Assembly (NCBI GenBank): GCA_009602735.1
Contig: WELA01002181.1
Coordinates: 156,708 to 189,198 of the forward strand
Direction: 5' to 3'
Source of the DNA: Mesotaenium endlicherianum
Taxonomy: Eukaryota
DNA length: 32,491 nucleotides
Shown: positions 30,064 to 32,491 of the stretch, piece after piece
Layout of the letters: each line of letters opens with the position of its first letter
Numbering within the stretch: position 1 is the first letter of the stretch
Made by a program: the position numbers and the translations under genes
The notes under the pieces: model-generated
The model's input: the letters and a program-made list of their open reading frames with translations, nothing else
Told to the model about the DNA's origin: nothing
Databases searched by the model: none

Positions 30064-32491
30064 ACCCCAAGACCCACTTCACGAGAAGGCAACACGCCAA
30101 GTGAGGTGGAGACCCCCGTTGAAGACGACGTTCCAGCCCCAATGAGTTTGAGAGGTTACCTTGGAGGAGAGAAGGTCCACATCTTGGTGGATAGCGGAGC
30201 TCAAGGCAACTTCATTGCTGCAGATTTTGCCACCAAGCACGGTATTACTATGCGAACTCTTGACCACGACGAGGAGATTATGATGCCCGATGGATTCTCC
30301 TATACTACCCCTTCCAAGAAGACGTACCCCTTGGCACTCTCTATCAAGTCCTTCAAGGATAGAGTAGTGTTCTCCCCCATGCAATTGGGCAAGTACGACG
30401 TCATCCTAGGGACGCCTTGGTTGACCAAGCACAACCCCCAAGTTGATTGGAGGACCGGTACTATCAAGATCAAGAATGACATCACTTCAAGAATCTGTAT
30501 TTTGCGCGCAATCCAGAATATCCAGACCCAAGACATCCAGAAGCCGGCACACGAGATACTATTGTCCGCCCTCCAACTCAAGAGACTTGTGAGGAAGGGA
30601 CACGAGCTTCTTTTGGCCTTGATCACGCCAAAAGACATCAAGAAAGACATCGAGAGTCAAGAAGGCAGCCCCGTTCCCAAGGAGATACAAGAAGTCTTAG
30701 AGGACTACAAAGAAGTGTTCTCCCCGGAATTGCCCAAGGGCCTACCCCCCAAAAGATTCGTAGACCACAAGATAGAGTTGGAGCCCGGAAGCAAGCCCAT
30801 CTCTCGGCCTACGTTCAAAATGTCATACACGGAGCTAGACGAAGTCAAGAAGCAAATCAAGGAGCTACTGGAGCATGGCTTCATTCGACCTAGCAAGTCG
30901 CCATTTGGAGCCCCGGTGCTATTTGTCAAGAAGAAAGATGGTACCTTGAGGATGTGTGTGGACTATCGCGCCCTCAACAAGATCACCATCAAGAATCGAT
31001 ACCCGCTGCCGCGCATGGATGAGCTCATGGACCGGCTGGTTGGAGCCAAGTACTTCACGAAGATTGACTTACGGAGCGGCTACCACCAGATTCGCATCGC
31101 AGAACCGGACATAGAGAAGACGGCATTCAGGACAAGATATGGACATTTTGAGTTCATGGTCCTGCCATTTGGACTCACCAACGCGCCAGCAACTTTCATG
31201 ACTATGATGAACACCATATTTCAGCCCATGTTGGACAGATTTGTGGTGGTATTCATCGATGACATCCTTATCTACAGCAAGACCCTTGAAGAGCATGCGA
31301 GACACTTGAAAGAAGTCCTTGAAGTATTGAAGCAAAACAAGCTGTTTGCGAAGGAGTCAAAATGCGAGTTTGCCAAACAAGAAGTGGAGTTCCTAGGTCT
31401 CCACGTGACTGCTGATGCCATCAAGATAGACCCCAAGAAGACCACGGTGGTGGAGGAATGGCCAACTCCCACGACCAAGAAAGAACTCCAGTCATTCTTG
31501 GGATTTGCCAATTGGTACAGAAAATTCATCCAAGGCTTCTCGCACATAGCAGCCCCCCTGACAGATCTACTTAAGAAGGACAGGCTATATACATGNAGAC
31601 CGAGAAAGAGGAAGAGGCATGTCAAGAGTTAAAGCGAAGATTGACCACATCCCCGGTGCTCACACTCCCAAGTCCAAACCCAGATTGGCCCTTCCACGTC
31701 ATCACCGATGCATCTTCCTATGCAATAGGAGCAATCCTGCTTCAAGACCAAGGCAAGGGACTGCAGCCCATCGCCTACGAGTCAAGGAAGCTAAATCCAG
31801 CCGAGCAAAATTATACAACCACGGAGCGAGAGGCATTGGCGATTGTACATGCCTTGAAGGTTTGGCGCTGCTACGTTGAAGGACGCAAAGTACTGGTCAC
31901 CACGGACCACGAGGCGTTAAAGCACCTCCAAACGCAGCCGTATCTCTCAAGGAGACAAGCAAGATGGAGCGGATACTTGCAACAATACAACATCACGATT
32001 CAGTACCAGCCCGGCAAGACAAACCCGGCTGACCCCCTCTCAAGACTGCAATTAAATGCAGTGATGGTATCCCTGAAGACAGATCTGGAAGCTCGATTTT
32101 CAGCCGCCTATGAAAGAGACCCTTACTACAAGAACGGAGAAGCAGCCTTGGACCCATACAAGAAGCAAGAAGGCAATTATTGGGTGAGGCAAGACACGGG
32201 CCAGAGATGTGTTCCTATTGACTTTGACCTCCAACTCTCGCTTCTACGAGAAGCACACGACAACCCTCTTGGAGGACACTTCGGAATCCTAAGGACCACG
32301 GGCGTTCTAGCCAGGACTTATTGCTGGCCAGGCATGTCTAAGCAAGTCAAGGAATATTGCAGGAGCTGTGACACATGCCAAGAATCAAGCCATCATCGCA
32401 AAAGGCGGGAGGAATCCTCCAACCACTACCAATCCCCAAAAGACAATGGACGGACATCTCAATGGACCTTATCGTGGACTTGCCCGTGACA
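30028..32491 (+). CDS. pol: Pol of element B (PR, RT, RNase H, start of integrase), partial; frame breaks at the N (31596) and near 32382
   Basis: [49 protein letters not shown]...CDTC, continuing in another frame as [17 protein letters not shown]. Confidence 0.93.

Larger units (their letters stand above)
28230..32491 (+). mobile_element. Ty3/Gypsy element of a second family (B), running off the window
   Basis: Own LTR, PBS, gag and PR-RT-RH-IN pol; expected TSD CAGGA (28225-28229). Confidence 0.95.

Noticed and set aside
31590..31632. Frameshift splitting element B pol into two ORFs
   Set aside because: Coincides with the N at 31596; probably an assembly artefact, not programmed recoding.
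1..32491. Host genes, tRNA/rRNA genes, CRISPR arrays or prokaryotic systems
   Set aside because: None recognisable; the repeats are explained by LTRs, TIRs and local duplications, and the remaining short ORFs are shadow frames.

Overview
Gene-free, eukaryotic nested-transposon region; the plant-type tRNA-iMet primer sites suggest a green plant, probably a non-seed plant or streptophyte alga. It is dominated by one Ty3/Gypsy chromovirus family (family A): a partial minus-strand LTR (1-443), a structurally complete element A1 (3644-12119, TSD CAAGT), an old decayed copy A2 (from 14552) and copy A3 (from 21523) nested in A2. A second Gypsy family (B, from 28230) is nested in A3, and an unrelated probable solo LTR (19073-20169) sits in A2. 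A1 is inserted in an internally deleted piggyBac-like DNA transposon (3168-14097, TTAA sites, 13-bp TIRs). The left end also holds a hAT-type MITE and a decayed zinc-knuckle ORF, possibly of DIRS type. The main candidate for a novel system is in family A: an extra 558-aa sense ORF3 between pol and the 3' LTR that is not Env-like (charged helix, unknown globular domain, NLS-like motifs, acidic tract, RS/SP tail). ORF3 is preceded by a conserved TACTAAC branchpoint and CAG acceptor and bracketed by two hairpin+PPT units, and the LTR carries an array of five 11-bp motifs. All calls come from reading the sequence; no database searches were run.
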